This document shows, in pieces, positions 49,101 through 62,200 of a stretch of 64,000 nucleotides of DNA; the stretch's first letter is position 1; every line of letters starts with the position of its first letter. The translations under genes were made by a program, and so were the position numbers. The notes beneath the pieces are model-generated. The model worked only from the letters and a program-made list of their open reading frames with translations. It ran no database searches and was not told where the DNA came from. The stretch covers positions 1,488,001 to 1,552,000 of the forward strand of contig NC_047082.1 in NCBI RefSeq assembly GCF_902459465.1, given 5' to 3'. This DNA comes from Asterias rubens (lineage: Eukaryota).

Positions 49101-50336
49101 TAGAAATACACATGGCCTCATTTCGGTAGGGCACCCTCTCGCCTAGAGATCAAATGGAGGTTGTTCATTGGCCAATCCTGTGCGCCTCGCGTTCAGTTGA
49201 TTTCCAATCGTTTTACCTCTAAGAAGGCAGCTGGATGACGTCATTCCACTAGCCTATAGATGCAATACCTAGAAACGCATTAGTCTTCTTACCGTCGTTT
49301 GAACAGTTTTGTCAAGCCACAAATGGCATATAAATGCGCGGTGGTTCGTGTAAAACGAGACCACATAGCGCATTGTACTAAGACTATTCTGATCATCATC
49401 CTGAATTGTGTCAAAGAGGGATTGCCAGAAAACAAATCTGTGATTGTGCGTGTGTTTGTTGTTTGTGAGTTATTGTGTTTGCTATGGATAGAATGAAAAC
49501 TCGATGACATTTTGTACTCCTTTAAAGGTGCATTGTGTTGCGATAAATACCAGGACGATTCTACAGGAAACTACACGGATTTATGACCCGAGAGGGCTTG
49601 TTTGTTTCGATGACGACTGTGAATGTGTTGAGCCAACTACTGGTAATGATAACTTCACGTCTTTGAATGATGGTATGTGTTTGTTTGATATCTGATCTGC
49701 CAATTTTCAAGAGGGTCATAAATTATAACCAATTTAAAATCAATCTTAAAAATTTTGAGTCAACTATGACATTTTTTCAATAGATAAAGTATAAATATAG
49801 TTAAATAGAAGAAAACCACTGTAGATATCTGAATATCTTAGGAAAATATCTGAACACAAATACATATTTTGCCCCTAGATACTTTAACACCAAACTTTAA
49901 CAGTTTATACCAATGTTTTTCATCCATTTCCGGGTCAGGTCAGGCCCCTTGCGATCCGAAATCGGGGTCAATTCTGACCCCCGTATTGGAAAAGACAGAA
50001 CCCGAGAGGGCCTCCTCTTTATCAAATAGCGAGAATGATGCCGGCTCGACCTCCGTATCATCATGGAGCAATAAACTAGATGGTATCATCAAGGCAGAAG
50101 TGGGTAAATCTTTAGCTTTCGTCGCAACAACTACTTCATCCGATACAATCAAAATGAAGTATATAGTTGTTGCTACGAAAGCCCATACAGTTTGTTTTAG
50201 TGTTTAGTTAGTGCATGAAGGACTAGTGCTACCCATATCAGAAAGACAGTGTAAAATGAAACTTTTTTTTTTTTTAACAGATAAGAGGTACGCCGAAAGG
50301 TGGCCCAATTCCGTGGCGATACTGGTAGATACATAA
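34738..50336 (+). CDS. ADGRD1-like: Adhesion GPCR (ADGRD1/GPR133-like 7TM) with signal peptide, long mucin stalk and GAIN/GPS, about 1511 aa, 23 exons
   Basis: Exons 34738-34761, 37946-37970, 38481-40780, 41361-41528, 41631-41678, 42021-42129, 42517-42636, 43206-43263, 43425-43563, 44184-44269, 44480-44582, 45453-45562, 46337-46442, 46558-46778, 47268-47334, 47633-47718, 48046-48214, 48327-48395, 48509-48620, 49047-49096, 49528-49672, 49939-50103, 50281-50336 are phase-consistent (4536 nt). GPS reads CVFW...WSTWGC...[14 protein letters not shown]. The 7TM has [18 protein letters not shown]...[23 protein letters not shown] and [19 protein letters not shown]. The last four tail exons are less certain. 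Confidence 0.9.
35535..37130. repeat. Tandem repeat, about 356-bp unit, 2 full copies plus 1 internally deleted copy
   Basis: The unit start gaccattcca(t/g)aagcattgtagttaa occurs at 35535, 35891 and 36965. Confidence 0.88.
35917..36635. mobile_element. piggyBac-like non-autonomous foldback element (near-perfect 706-bp palindrome, 10-nt loop), right terminus truncated
   Basis: It starts TTAA|CCCTCTAG. Arms 35928-36273 and 36284-36633 are reverse complements around the loop TCATTAGCTT. It interrupts a tandem unit whose uninterrupted form (gtagttaaagaagttcttg) is present next to it. Confidence 0.75.
38481..40700 (+). repeat. Coding minisatellite: 54-bp (18 aa, [18 protein letters not shown]-type) units with 51-bp variants; mucin stalk exon
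   Basis: Directly visible tandem unit gcactgacccaacaaaccactagttcaactagccaacccacagcttcatcttca, open in the + frame throughout. An 804-bp higher-order repeat is also present. Confidence 0.97.
40925..41320. repeat. Degenerate pentanucleotide (GACTG/GACTT/AACTG)n satellite in aGPCR intron 3
   Basis: Direct inspection. Confidence 0.8.
44671..45064 (+). mobile_element. Ginger-like non-autonomous element, copy 1 (right end missing)
   Basis: TCGG|TGTCAGATGCAATTGTGTCC... shares its body with the copies at 45634 and 50738. Confidence 0.75.
45634..46092 (-). mobile_element. Ginger-like non-autonomous element, copy 2 (complete; TSD ATGG)
   Basis: ATGG|TGTCGCATGCAATT...AATTGCATCTGACA|ATGG shows TGT..ACA termini and a 4-bp TSD. 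It is inverted relative to copies 1 and 3. Confidence 0.8.
48659..48799. mobile_element. Short MITE (AGGGCCTTTTCGAAACCACGG..CCATGGTTTCGAAAGGGGCT); related ends at about 41719 and 42269
   Basis: Visible TIRs and family recurrence within the aGPCR introns. Confidence 0.65.
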
Positions 50337-50737
50337 AACGCATCGTCTACCAGATTACTTAAGTGTCACTGAATGTTCGCCATGTTTGAATTCAATGGCA
50401 ACTTTCCTGTCTTGTTCTACATCGGGTCAGCAGACTGAAACTTGGAATACTGGATTTAACATTATGATTGTATGATATTGTAAATAATAAACAGTTAGTC
50501 ATTCCTATAAACTCTGACTCTAAACACTGGGACACCAATACAAGACGTATGACGTACACCACCTCCAGGCTCATGGATTACGTCAATCACCGGTGGAGAT
50601 TCTGTCCCGGAGATTGTGTGCCCCCCCCCCCCCCCCCTCCCTGGCGCCCTCTTTTGAAATAACTTCCTGGTGTCACACATATCCTGAACATCTGACGTCA
50701 CACTTCGAGGCTCGTTAATAACGACGCCAGAGACCGG

Positions 50738-51219
50738 TGTCAGATGCAATTGTGTCCGCCATGCAATACTGTCCGCTCCGGACACTTTTGCATATTCAAT
50801 CGTGTCCGGGGCTATGCAAAAACCGTCCGGTGGACATGACTGTATATGTACGTGCGCGCGTAAGCAGCATGTATGCAGCATGAATATTCACGTATTTTTA
50901 TGATTGCACCGAATTTTATGATTGCTGCGAATACCCAACGGCCGAACATTTCCCATGTCATTCATGACATGCGCTTAGCTTGTAAAAAAAAAGGCGAACG
51001 TGTTCCGTCGACCAAGGGCGTTTAATTTTCTGCAAGGACGGTTTTGCACGGGAGCGGACACAACTGCATATGCAAATGTGTCCGGGCGGACACAATTGCA
51101 TTATACAGCAGCGTCCGGGCGGAGACGATTGCATATGCAAAACCGTCCGGCGGACATTATTGCATATGCAATAATGTCCTCCGGATAGTATTGCATAGAG
51201 GACATAATTGCATGCGACA
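50738..51219 (+). mobile_element. Ginger-like non-autonomous element, copy 3 (complete; TSD CCGG), nested in another repeat
   Basis: CCGG|TGTCAGATGCAATTGTGTCC...GGACATAATTGCATGCGACA|CCGG. The host repeat is seen uninterrupted at about 62318-62545. Confidence 0.82.
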
Positions 51220-52316
51220 CCGGCCTCAAAAAATAGTAATAATAAAATACCGGCGTGTAGCTTGACCTCTGAACTCGGTCATTTCACATAGAGACGCGCT
51301 GTCAACTTCTATAGCGGACGTGACAGCAGTGACTGTTTGGGCATCTATGTCACTGCACAGCAAACGATGATTGTATCCAATGGAATCAATGGATCTGACA
51401 GCGGTGACCTGTCTTCAGGGCCCAGTCTATGTCACACAGTGCAAAAGGACGTTCACATGTGAACTGTTCATGTGGTGCGTAACTACAATCCGGCCAAACG
51501 TTGCTGGTCCCCGCCCCTTAAAATGCCTTATTACGCTTCAGTGGTATGTGTTTTTGTAAATCAACGTGGGAGTACATCATAATTGACTAAGGTGGCGCTG
51601 CTCATGTGGCGCCGCAGCTAGATTAATTGAATTAGAATTGAATTAACCTGTTGATTGTTTACTCGTTAAAGCAAATTAAAATCTATAAAAAAAAACACTA
51701 GTGTACTGAAGGATATCGAATCTAAAAATATTATAATGTTACTGAAGCCTTAAAGGGAAATTGAACAAGAAAAACAAACAAAGTAATAATTATGACATTC
51801 CTCTCTCTCTCTCTCACAATGTCCATTAAACGCTTCTGTTCTAACGAATTACCTTTTTCTTAAATCAACTTGTGGGAAGTTTGGCAATTGCTGGTCAAGC
51901 TATAATGTCAGATTAATGCGTAGCATGTGCATTTCTGACGTTTTAGATTGCTTTGTCTTTTGGATGTGTTTATAAACAATAAATTATAGATGCTTGATGT
52001 TCCTTTCAAATAAATTTAAACTTCAAGGCATATACTAGCATAAAAGCCTTTACCGTGATGATGATTGCGTTTATTTGTTGACAGTTTTGAGATTGTGAAC
52101 TCCATCCATCGAGTGTCTGATCAAAAGTTATGTGTGATCACTCTTGTCTTTATTACGTTGACTTTACCGAAGGGCTGTCAGATAGAAAACACATTACCCA
52201 GTTACACAAAGTAACTATATCAATCCTTAAACCATGGAAAACAAAAACTACGGTTGTTTTTGCGGCGTCTTGCATCGAGTTCAAAATACAGAGTAAGCAA
52301 CTATCTGTGTTCCTTA

Positions 52317-53010
52317 TTAAAGGCACTGGGACGTTTGGCATTTTGTCAAAGACCAGGGGCCAATTTCATAGAGCTGCTTAAGCAAAAAATTCGCTTAAGC
52401 ACGAAAATAGCTCGCTTATTTGAAACATGTTACTGGCTAAAATGTTATGCCATATACATTGCTTGTGACTGGTATTTAGCTGTTGTTAACTTATCATAAC
52501 AATTCAGTGGAGTCTTGGCCGGTAATCTGATTTTACTAGGCAAGGATTTTTTTGCTTCAGCAATTTTTTTTTGCTTAAGCAGCTCTATGAAATTTGGTCC
52601 AGTATTCGCACTTGGTGTATCCCAAACAACATGCATAACAAATCTGTGAAAATTCTGTCTCAATGGTCATCGAAGTTGCAACAAAAAAACGAATAAAGAA
52701 AGACACCACCGTTGCACAACTTTGCTTGCTTTGAGATGCCTGAGAAAGGCTTCATATCAGGTCGGAAGTCTTTCTCAGATTCAAAATAATTGTTGAGAAA
52801 TTACCTCTTTCTCAAAAACTACGTTACTTCAGAGGAGTTAAGTGTGCTGAGATATTTGTATGTGGTGCACTTAAAACAATAAATGATTATAGGGCGAGTC
52901 TTTCTCAATGTTTTTATACTATGCATTAATACCTCTTCGTTGCTCGTTGGCTAATTTCTGTATGCTAATATATATTTTGAGTAATTACAAAATGTGTCCA
53001 GTGCCTTTAA
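52317..53010 (+). mobile_element. MITE family A copy with nested family-B MITE (about 52356-52600)
   Basis: The family A sequence gaccag|tattc is split by GGGCCAATTTCATAGAGCTGCTTAAGC...GCTTAAGCAGCTCTATGAAATTTGGTCC. Other family-B copies lie at about 17570-17747, 34262-34447 and 54690-54866. Confidence 0.8.
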
Positions 53011-53297
53011 ACGGTTTAACTACTTTGTCATCGCAAAGACCATTGAGCCGTGTGACGCATGGATTCAGATCCGCAGTGTTTGCCCACAGCTCGCTAAGTG
53101 ATTTTAGACTTCACCAAATGAGCTCTTGAACACCCAAAGTGTATAATTATTACTCTTGTCGCAAACACGAGTGAGGTTGCGTGTGGATTTTTAATAACGG
53201 TACTACGGGACTTTGTTCCTTTTGCGAAAGAAATCTGGAAAATTAAAACGATCTTTTGATCAAGTTTTCGACCTTATCTACTGTCTTCAGTTGATAC

Positions 53298-56200
53298 ATG
53301 ATGCTTCGACTCACGGAGCTGGTAAGTTTGATGATTTCAATTTGATATTTATCTCGCATTTTTCAACTATAATCAAAATATAATTGTGACTAACGTCTTG
53401 GTCAAAACAAAATTATGCTTTTATCGCTTATCCTATAAATAGACCCTGTCCAAATTTAAATTTGAGGTTTTATTTGTTAATCGTTTGATTTGTATTGTCA
53501 ACTGAGTTTACGTTTGATTGGTATATCGAATGCAGCAAGGTATATGCTTTTTATATCCTGTTTTTGTATATCTTTTTAGATCTTTACTCGCTGTTTTCGG
53601 GTTGTTTGACTAAAATCGATGACTCGGTCAAACATTTTGGTGTACAGGGAACTGGATTTGTCATAGTCTATAATTAATATGATCTCATTATGTTTTTATA
53701 TCATACACAGGTATTTCTTTTGGCCACGATCAAATGTAAGTTATTATTGCCTAATTTCATTTTTTCCATATTATTCGAAATATTGTCTGATTTTTTAAAA
53801 ACGAAATGTTATTGCAATTGGCAATAATACTTGGTCGCATAAAGCCCGGTTTAGACGTCACGCAAAAACAAGGCGCATTTCTTACCTTATACCTTATTNN
53901 NNNNNNNNNNNNNNNNNNNNNNNNNNNNNNNNNNNNNNNNNNNNNNNNNNNNNNNNNNNNNNNNNNNNNNNNNNNNNNNNNNNNNNNNNNNNNNNNNNNN
54001 NNNNNNNNNNNNNNNNNNNNNNNNNNNNNNNNNNNNNNNNNNNNNNNNNNNNNNNNNNNNNNNNNNNNNNNNNNNNNNNNNNNNNNNNNNNNNNNNNNNN
54101 NNNNNNNNNNNNNNNNNNNNNNNNNNNNNNNNNNNNNNNNNNNNNNNNNNNNNNNNNNNNNNNNNNNNNNNNNNNNNNNNNNNNNNNNNNNNNNNNNNNN
54201 NNNNNNNNNNNNNNNNNNNNNNNNNNNNNNNNNNNNNNNNNNNNNNNNNNNNNNNNNNNNNNNNNNNNNNNNNNNNNNNNNNNNNNNNNNNNNNNNNNNN
54301 NNNNNNNNNNNNNNNNNNNNNNNNNNNNNNNNNNNNNNNNNNNNNNNNNNNNNNNNNNNNNNNNNNNNNNNNNNNNNNNNNNNNNNNNNNNNNNNNNNNN
54401 NNNNNNNNNNATCTTAAAACATACAGGCACTTTCACTTCTGCATAAGTCTTGCATTGGGTAAATTGGGGGTGGGGGAACCAAAATTCGTTTCTCATGCAT
54501 TTTCTCGCGAAGAAGAATGAACCGGAAAAATCCAGCGACTCGTCTACGGCGCGGCATGGCTGTTGGCTGAAACGACAACATTAAGTATCAGAGGATTGGA
54601 CTTTTGGGATTCCGGCCAGCGTGTTTACGGTCATAACCATGGTACTGCAGACTTTGATGTAGCTGTTTTGCAATATAACTCAATTCCTGTGCCCAATTTC
54701 ATAGAGCTGCTCAAGAACAAAAAAAATAGTTTAGCACAACAAAAATAATGCTTACCAGAATGAGGTTACCAGCCAAAATAACATTTCACATGTACGATCG
54801 GTGAGTGGTATCCTGCTCTTTTCTGCTAAGAAATCTGCTGAAAAGCAGCTCTATGAAATTGGGCCCTGTTACTTGTTATGCTGAATATAAACACGTTCAC
54901 TGTCATTGAGTGTTGCAATTTCTGTTCGAACCACTTTTAGGTAATGTGACTGCCACAACCGAATCAATTATCCCAACCTACCACAACCCAACTTCAACTA
55001 CCAGCCCAACTTCAACTAAACAATTAACCACTATCAACCTAAATGCAACCACTACCGACACAAATGCAACTACTGCCTACCCAAATGCAACCACTATCAA
55101 CCCAAATGCAACTGACCAGTTAACCACTATCAACCCAAATGCAACTACTGCCTACCCAAATGCAACTACTATCAACCCAAATGCAACTACTGCCAACCCA
55201 AATGCAACTACTGCCAACCCAAATGCAACTACTGCCAACCCAAATGCAACTACTGTCAACCCAAATGCAACTGACCAGTTAACCACTATCAACCCAAATG
55301 CAACTGACCCGTTAACCACTACCAACCCAACTGATCATCAATCTACAAGTGACCAATCAACGGCCATGTATCAACCTACAACTGACCAATCAACGACAAT
55401 GTATCAATCTACAACTGACCAATCAACGGCCATGTATCAACCTACAACTGACCAATCAACAACCATGTATCAATCTACAAGTGACCAATCAACGGCCATG
55501 TATCAACCTACAACTGACCAATCAACGACCATGTATCAATCTACAACTGACCAATCAACGACCATGTTTCAATTTACAACTGACCAATCAACGACCATGT
55601 ATCAATCTACACCCCTTGTCGAGTCAACCAACGAAATGACAACAGCAGCTCCACCATATTTCTGCGGGGGACCAGTGGACACTTTTGAGGTATGTTGGAT
55701 TAGTGTGACGTAGTGGTGACGTGATTAGGTCAAAATAATGTGACATTCTTATCGGATCGACAGACATTTTGGGATTTCCCCCTGCAGTGTTGTCCTATGA
55801 TAAAAATTTTAAACGTGTCCCCTGTACAAACATAAGGGCAAACACTAACAATGTTACTTTTGTATAATTTGGTTTGCGGTAACACCATGTGTGTATCTAC
55901 TTACCAGGTAGAGTTGTTCTTAGGGAACTGTCTTGCTTTATTCTACTGCCGCGGAGTAGATAAATGGAGGTTCGGGAGACTTCTCAGTTCTGTTACTTTT
56001 CTTTTGTGTTTCATTTATAACAAAACCTGCCCACAAAGTTACTCTCGTACGTACAAATATTTTATTGGGTCTGTTGCCATGCATTAGAGAAATGCAAAGT
56101 TCAAACCATGGCAACTGATCCCTACAGGCTGAGGAAGATGTGCAAACAAAAGAAAGGGCATTAAAAAAAACCTCTCAACTCGAAACTATATAAAACTGGT

Positions 56201-59200
56201 CATCTGTGACCGAAACAAAACACAACAGAAAGGCCCCCTTCTCTCATCTTTAAACGTGACCAATAGTCCACCTGTCCTATCTAGTGCTTACTCAGTCAAT
56301 CATGTTCAGAAGACCTCAATTATTTCCATTCCAATCGCTTGAGTTTGCTGACAAGATGATCATTTTCCGAGACTCTGTCAGTAAATATTACTAGAATTTC
56401 GGTTCGAATTTCAAAAGATACCCAAAGCTTGTTGTTTTTTCACGTACAATTGTCCTTTTCGTTAATGATGTCATGATTATTAATTTAGGTTCAGAAGTGA
56501 TAAATTAATACAAGGGAAACAGCAACATGAATGCCTCTCGTTAACGGCTATACCAGTAATTTTTGTATAATGATTTGTTTTTCAAGGATGAACAAAATTG
56601 TTTTTGAAGGCTTTCACCTCGCACCAATGCTCATAATGATTAATTGCATGCCGAGTCATTAGTTTTTCGACATTATCATGGTGATGAAAGAAAATCACAT
56701 TAAAGCTAATTAGTTTCACCGTACAAGTGAATGGTAAAGGAGGAACTCACTATGAACACAAACAATTATTGTCCATCCTATAAAAAATAATCGCTACAAA
56801 ATTAACGAGAGGCACTTCATCCATGCAAGTATTATAAATAATTCACATGAGATATTCGATGATAAAAATAAAAGAAATGAAAACTAACGAAAAGGGAGAT
56901 AAAAAAATACATTATAAGTAACAATATTTGGAAATTGCACTTTGAAACACGTTCTTAATTACTGAAAGAGTCTTGAAAACTAGACATTATTCATTGCAGC
57001 AAACTCGAGCGACGGGGATTAAAAAAAATAAAAATAAATAGACCTTTCCCAAACTTTCCATTTCATGGGAGTGAAATTTGTGAAACTGTTTACTAAAAGA
57101 AGGGGTTGCCTTCATGAAAATACTCTATATCTAACTAATTAATGATAACATGTTAAGCTTTTGATAAAGCCAAAAACAGTTAGTTATTGGCTGGATGTTT
57201 GATTGGCTGTGAGATTTTTACCAAAGGTGTCCAGTGCCTTTAAAGCCATTGGACACTTTCGGTAAACAGTATTGTCTAAAGGCCCACACTTTATCTATCA
57301 CAACTTTTATATAAAATAACAAACCTGTAAAAATTTAGGCTCAATCGGTCATCGGAGTCGGGAGAAAATAATGGGAAAACCCATCCTTGTTTCTGCACGT
57401 TTCGACATAATGTTCAAAATAAATCCGTAATTCTCGTTAGCGAGAATTGATAATTTAATGTTTTAATGTTTTCTCGAAAAGTAAAGCATTTCATGGAATA
57501 ATATTTCAAGAGAAGTCTTTCACCATTACCTTCTGTAAACCCTGTAAGTTATTTGTAAATCTGTGAACTTTTATTATTTTGTTCTGTTCCGAAAGTGTAT
57601 AATGGCTTTAAAGCTGCACAATATTCTATTTAACAGGACGCCATCAAATGCAGCAGCAGCAGTAACGTCAGCAGGAATAACAGCATTGGTGTGGACGAGG
57701 CTCCTGGGAAGCTAACAGCTGACCAGAAAGTCGCTCTAGAAGACTTCCTTACGAGCATTGCGTCTCTACCTACGAATACACGGCTGTCAAAGAGCGAGAC
57801 AGATAGCGTCGCTACGGTAGGTCGGGGATTGGGGGGGGGGGGGGGGGGGGCTGGGGATGGCTATAACAATGACAAAATGTATAAGGCCGTAGTAATGTTC
57901 CTGTGTGTGTTTTATCCACACTCCGAAATCTCTCGGGTCAGAATTGACTTGGTACGGTCCCAGTTGAGGGGGCCTGACCCACGATGGGTTTTCAACTGAC
58001 GGAAAGTGGGGTTTTCATCCCGGATTATGTCTAATTTTAACCCTTTTGTGTCATTTTGACCCTGATCCCGGTCTTACCGATCCAAAATGGGTCAAGCCCT
58101 AACGGGACCCAGTCAGACCTTTTGATCCAGAAAGGGCTCGCTTGTTATTCCCAAACAGAACGAAAAATAATTGGGCCAATTCACCTCAAAAGTGCGCCCT
58201 CTTGGGGCCGATACAACTTTCTCATTTGCATATTAAAGTTTGTATCGGTGACCTTCGACCTGTCACTTCTCCGTTTGGCTTTCGACAGAGAGACCCAGAG
58301 TAGCAGTTTGGCTGTAAATTCTCTCTATTAAATTTGTGGGGAGCATGGCTCTTACCATGCTCCAAGGTTTCTCATCTGGGCGGGATGATGTTAGAGCCCC
58401 ACCCAGTGACTTAAGTGAGTACGTTTTGGGTTTTATACCAAGTCATTCTGCCAACAGGGGGGCAGAAGAAAAGTCATTCAGATTTCAGCACCCGCCACAC
58501 ACACATGACACATGGCAGATGGTGTTAAAATGAAGTAGACTGACTGTGAGAATGGGTTGAACTTGAGATGAGATAGTACGTATAGTAGGAATCCAAGTAG
58601 TATAGTGAGTCTCTGGATAACTTTCCGTATGGCGCCACCACCTTTTCACTCATTTTTACAAAAAGGGACATCTCATTGAGGTAAATTAAATACTATATTA
58701 TTTCATATCGAATGAAAAAGTGGTGGCGCCATACGTAAACTTGACAATATGTTTTTTGAAGCAGAAAAAGACCATCGATATTAAAATTTACAAAAGGGGC
58801 CACACTATGCACATATGCCTCTCCTCTACCCCCCCCCCCTCTAGTCTATCTAGTATTAGTACCATTTCTACCTCCATGATTATACGATGCGTTACACCAA
58901 CTGATTTTTCTATGAATCAGTACACTTTTAAAAGACTCCAAAAACCTTTAGATGGTATTAATACTAAATAGACAACAAGTCCAATTCCTTGACATTTTTA
59001 TTTTTGCAGAATGTTCTGTTCGCGTTTTCAAAGCTAACGGAACCTGAACAGACTTTGGTAAGATGACTGGATGACACTTTTGATTTGTTCCTTTTCTTTC
59101 TATGTAAATGATTTCTATTGAAAATAAAATATTAAACATTAAAATCTCTGCTTGCATTTAAAGCCATTATACACTTTCGGAACAGACAAAAAAAGTTCAC

Positions 59201-62200
59201 AGATTTACAAATAACTTACAGGGTTTACAGAAGGCAATGGTAAAAGACTTCTCTTGAAATATTATTACATGAAATGCTTTACTTTTTGAGAAAACATTGA
59301 ATTATCAATTCACGACATCAGAAAGGCCATTTTAATTTTGCAAAGGGCACTTCCATTGGAAAATCTTAAAGTCAATGGGAAATTTGTAAGGGGCACCAAA
59401 GCCAAGACCAATGGCAATGAAGGCCCATGTAATTCAAGGCCTGGTCATAATTATGCCTGTGAATTTCTCACAGGACTCTGGGGAAATCAATGAACAAACA
59501 GTGCTTTCCACATAATGGCATTTGTGTAAAACTAAGGCCAAGTAAAAAAACAAACATGTTTCACGTCCCCGCCCGCTTCCTTTTTACAGGCCGCCTCCTT
59601 TTTTATTTTATTTTTTATTTTATTTTGTTATGCACATTATTATTATTTTTTTTTAAATAGGGTTATTTTAAATGATCTCAGCAAAAACAATCTGAATGTC
59701 TTGTCTGAATGCCTCGACTAAATTGTTTCATTTATGTTTTGTGTATTTCAGCAGTAGAAAAAACAATGGATATTTGACATTTTAACAAAGAATGGCGGCC
59801 ATCTTGAAATAAAAAATAAAAAATAAAAAGCCCCTCTTCCTCCTTTTTTTGAAAAACCCGGACGTGAAACATGTTTTGTTTTTTCTCGGCCTAATGTGCA
59901 TTATCTCTTATGCAAATCAAGTTATTGTTGTTTCTGTCAACAGTCAACTGAAAATGAGATGGATGTAGTGTCTGACACAGAAGATGCGATGAAGGTTTTG
60001 GCTGGAACTTTAGCGCCTGGCAACTGCACAACGCTCACAAAACAACAAAACAGTAAGTATAATTAGACCAGAACAGAAAGGCGAGGCAGATTGATTTTGA
60101 AAGAAGGGCAGGACAATGTCAGTGATCGCAAGAAATTTTGACTTGCAATGGTTAGTAGAAAAGTGCAAGTCGTTTCTCTGCTCAATTTTTCAACAGCATT
60201 ATTGTGTCAAAAGGAGAACACAGTAAATGAGCACTGCCCAATGGAATGCGTTTATGGGTGGACAGGTTGTCATAGTGTGGTGTCTCGCATGCCTTCCACC
60301 TCGGAGACCTTGGTTTCTTGAGAACACCGCAATTGGATTTTCAGTCCCTACCTCAATCCTTGAAATAATTCTGAGTATGTATGAATCATACCTCAGATTC
60401 AAACGTTTTTGGCTAAACAAATTATCCAAACCATACAACCTCAAACGGAATCCTGTCTTAAACTATTTTCTCCAAAGCTGCATTGCTTCTCAGCAAATAA
60501 GATTTTATGGTCATAAATTGTTGGCATATTTACCAATCTATGGCCCCTACCTGTTAACAGTGAGTGGAATGGCCCCTACCTGTTAACAGTGAATGGAATG
60601 GAACAGATTTCTTCCATAACGATTGCTCATGCTTGTACTTTTGATATTTATTTCAACGAAAATTTGTATACATTGCCACCAAAGGTGCTGACTTATGCAG
60701 CTACCAGACTGTAGACGATCTTAAAGCATTTGAATTTGTCCAGGAAGTGGAAACTTCTGCCTCATCATCCCAGGATAGCCTGGATGTTGATTTCAGTGAC
60801 TTTGACCTACTTCCTGATGATGGTAAGTAATTAATGACGGTGTACTTAAAATACATGCATTGGCTGCCATCAATTAGGTAAATGAAAACGTGCATGTGTG
60901 TCTGCGCAACACTCACGCCCAATGTTAGGGCTTTATTGACCATAGAGAGGGCACTGTTTGGGTCTTGTTGCAAGATACGCAAGGGATGTAGGGAACATTA
61001 CATCGCATGGGAGGCTGGTCCCCAGTCTTTAACCATGGATAAGGACAGGCAGTGGTCTTACAAACCCATTGGTTTTATTCATCCCAACTGTAGATTCATC
61101 CCAACTGCAATTGAGTTGAGTTGAGGTTTTTTTTTATATAGCGCTTTTTCACTCCCTACGGGTGTCTCAAAGCTCTTCAAGATATTACCCCTGGTCACTG
61201 GGCCTTAATTCACTCCTTAAACCATCTCAGCTCCCTGGGGAGTATGCAGCCTCGTGCAACAAATGTGCTACTCGGCTAAATCAATCACAAGAACCATCTC
61301 TGCCCTCACAGGTACCCATTTACCCCTGGGTGGAGAGAAGCAATAATAGTTAAGTGTCTTGCTTAGGGACACAAGTGTCACGACCGGGATTCGAACTCAC
61401 ACTCTGCTGAACAGAATCAGGAGAGCTTGAATTCGGAGCTCTTAACCGCTCGGCCACGACACCCTACCCTTGGGTTGGTCCAACTATAGATGGGGTAACC
61501 CGACAGTGTAATCAGTCTGTGGGCCTCTGAAGTAATTTCAGTCATCTGAAAATTCTCTTGACTTAGAACTTGGCTAGTAAGTGATATTTGGAAATCATCA
61601 TTGATAAAACTTGAGAAAATTAATAAGAATCTATTTCTGCATTTCCATCCACCATCGCGCACCCGCACCTTCTACTCGCAGCCTAGTGTTGCATCAACCC
61701 AGGAACACTTTGTGTTTCAGTGGTTGATCCTCTGCACAGAGAAAAGATCTGCGAGTTCCAGCTATAGTAAGGCTGTCCCAATTGTAACACTGAAGTTGGG
61801 ACCCAACTATAGTTCTCAAGTAGGGACCTTTCTCAAGTTAGGAGGCAACAGTTTGATAAGAAAGACACTTTAAACCACCAGATTGACTCGGTGTCCACAA
61901 AACACCACCTTTACGGATCAGGCTTTAGGTTTTAGGCTGAAGAGAATGCACTTCATCTTTTTGATATTTTAATTTTTATTTTACTTGTCAGGGAATTTCA
62001 CTTTGGTGGTCTTGAGGAAAGAGAATAATCTGAACAGAACAGTTTTCCTGAACAAAACAGAGTAAGTACAACCAAGACCGACATATTTTTTATATCCCAC
62101 TTATAGCATTACAAAACCGAGGCTGAAAGGTAAAACACGTTTAGTTGGGAAATATTGCTTACTAACTTTCTGCTTAGCAGATTTGAGCAGGATACCAGTT

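Noticed and set aside
55349-55639. 96-aa TNQRPCINLQL repeat ORF
   Set aside because: Alternate frame of the 33-bp stalk repeat, with no splice support.
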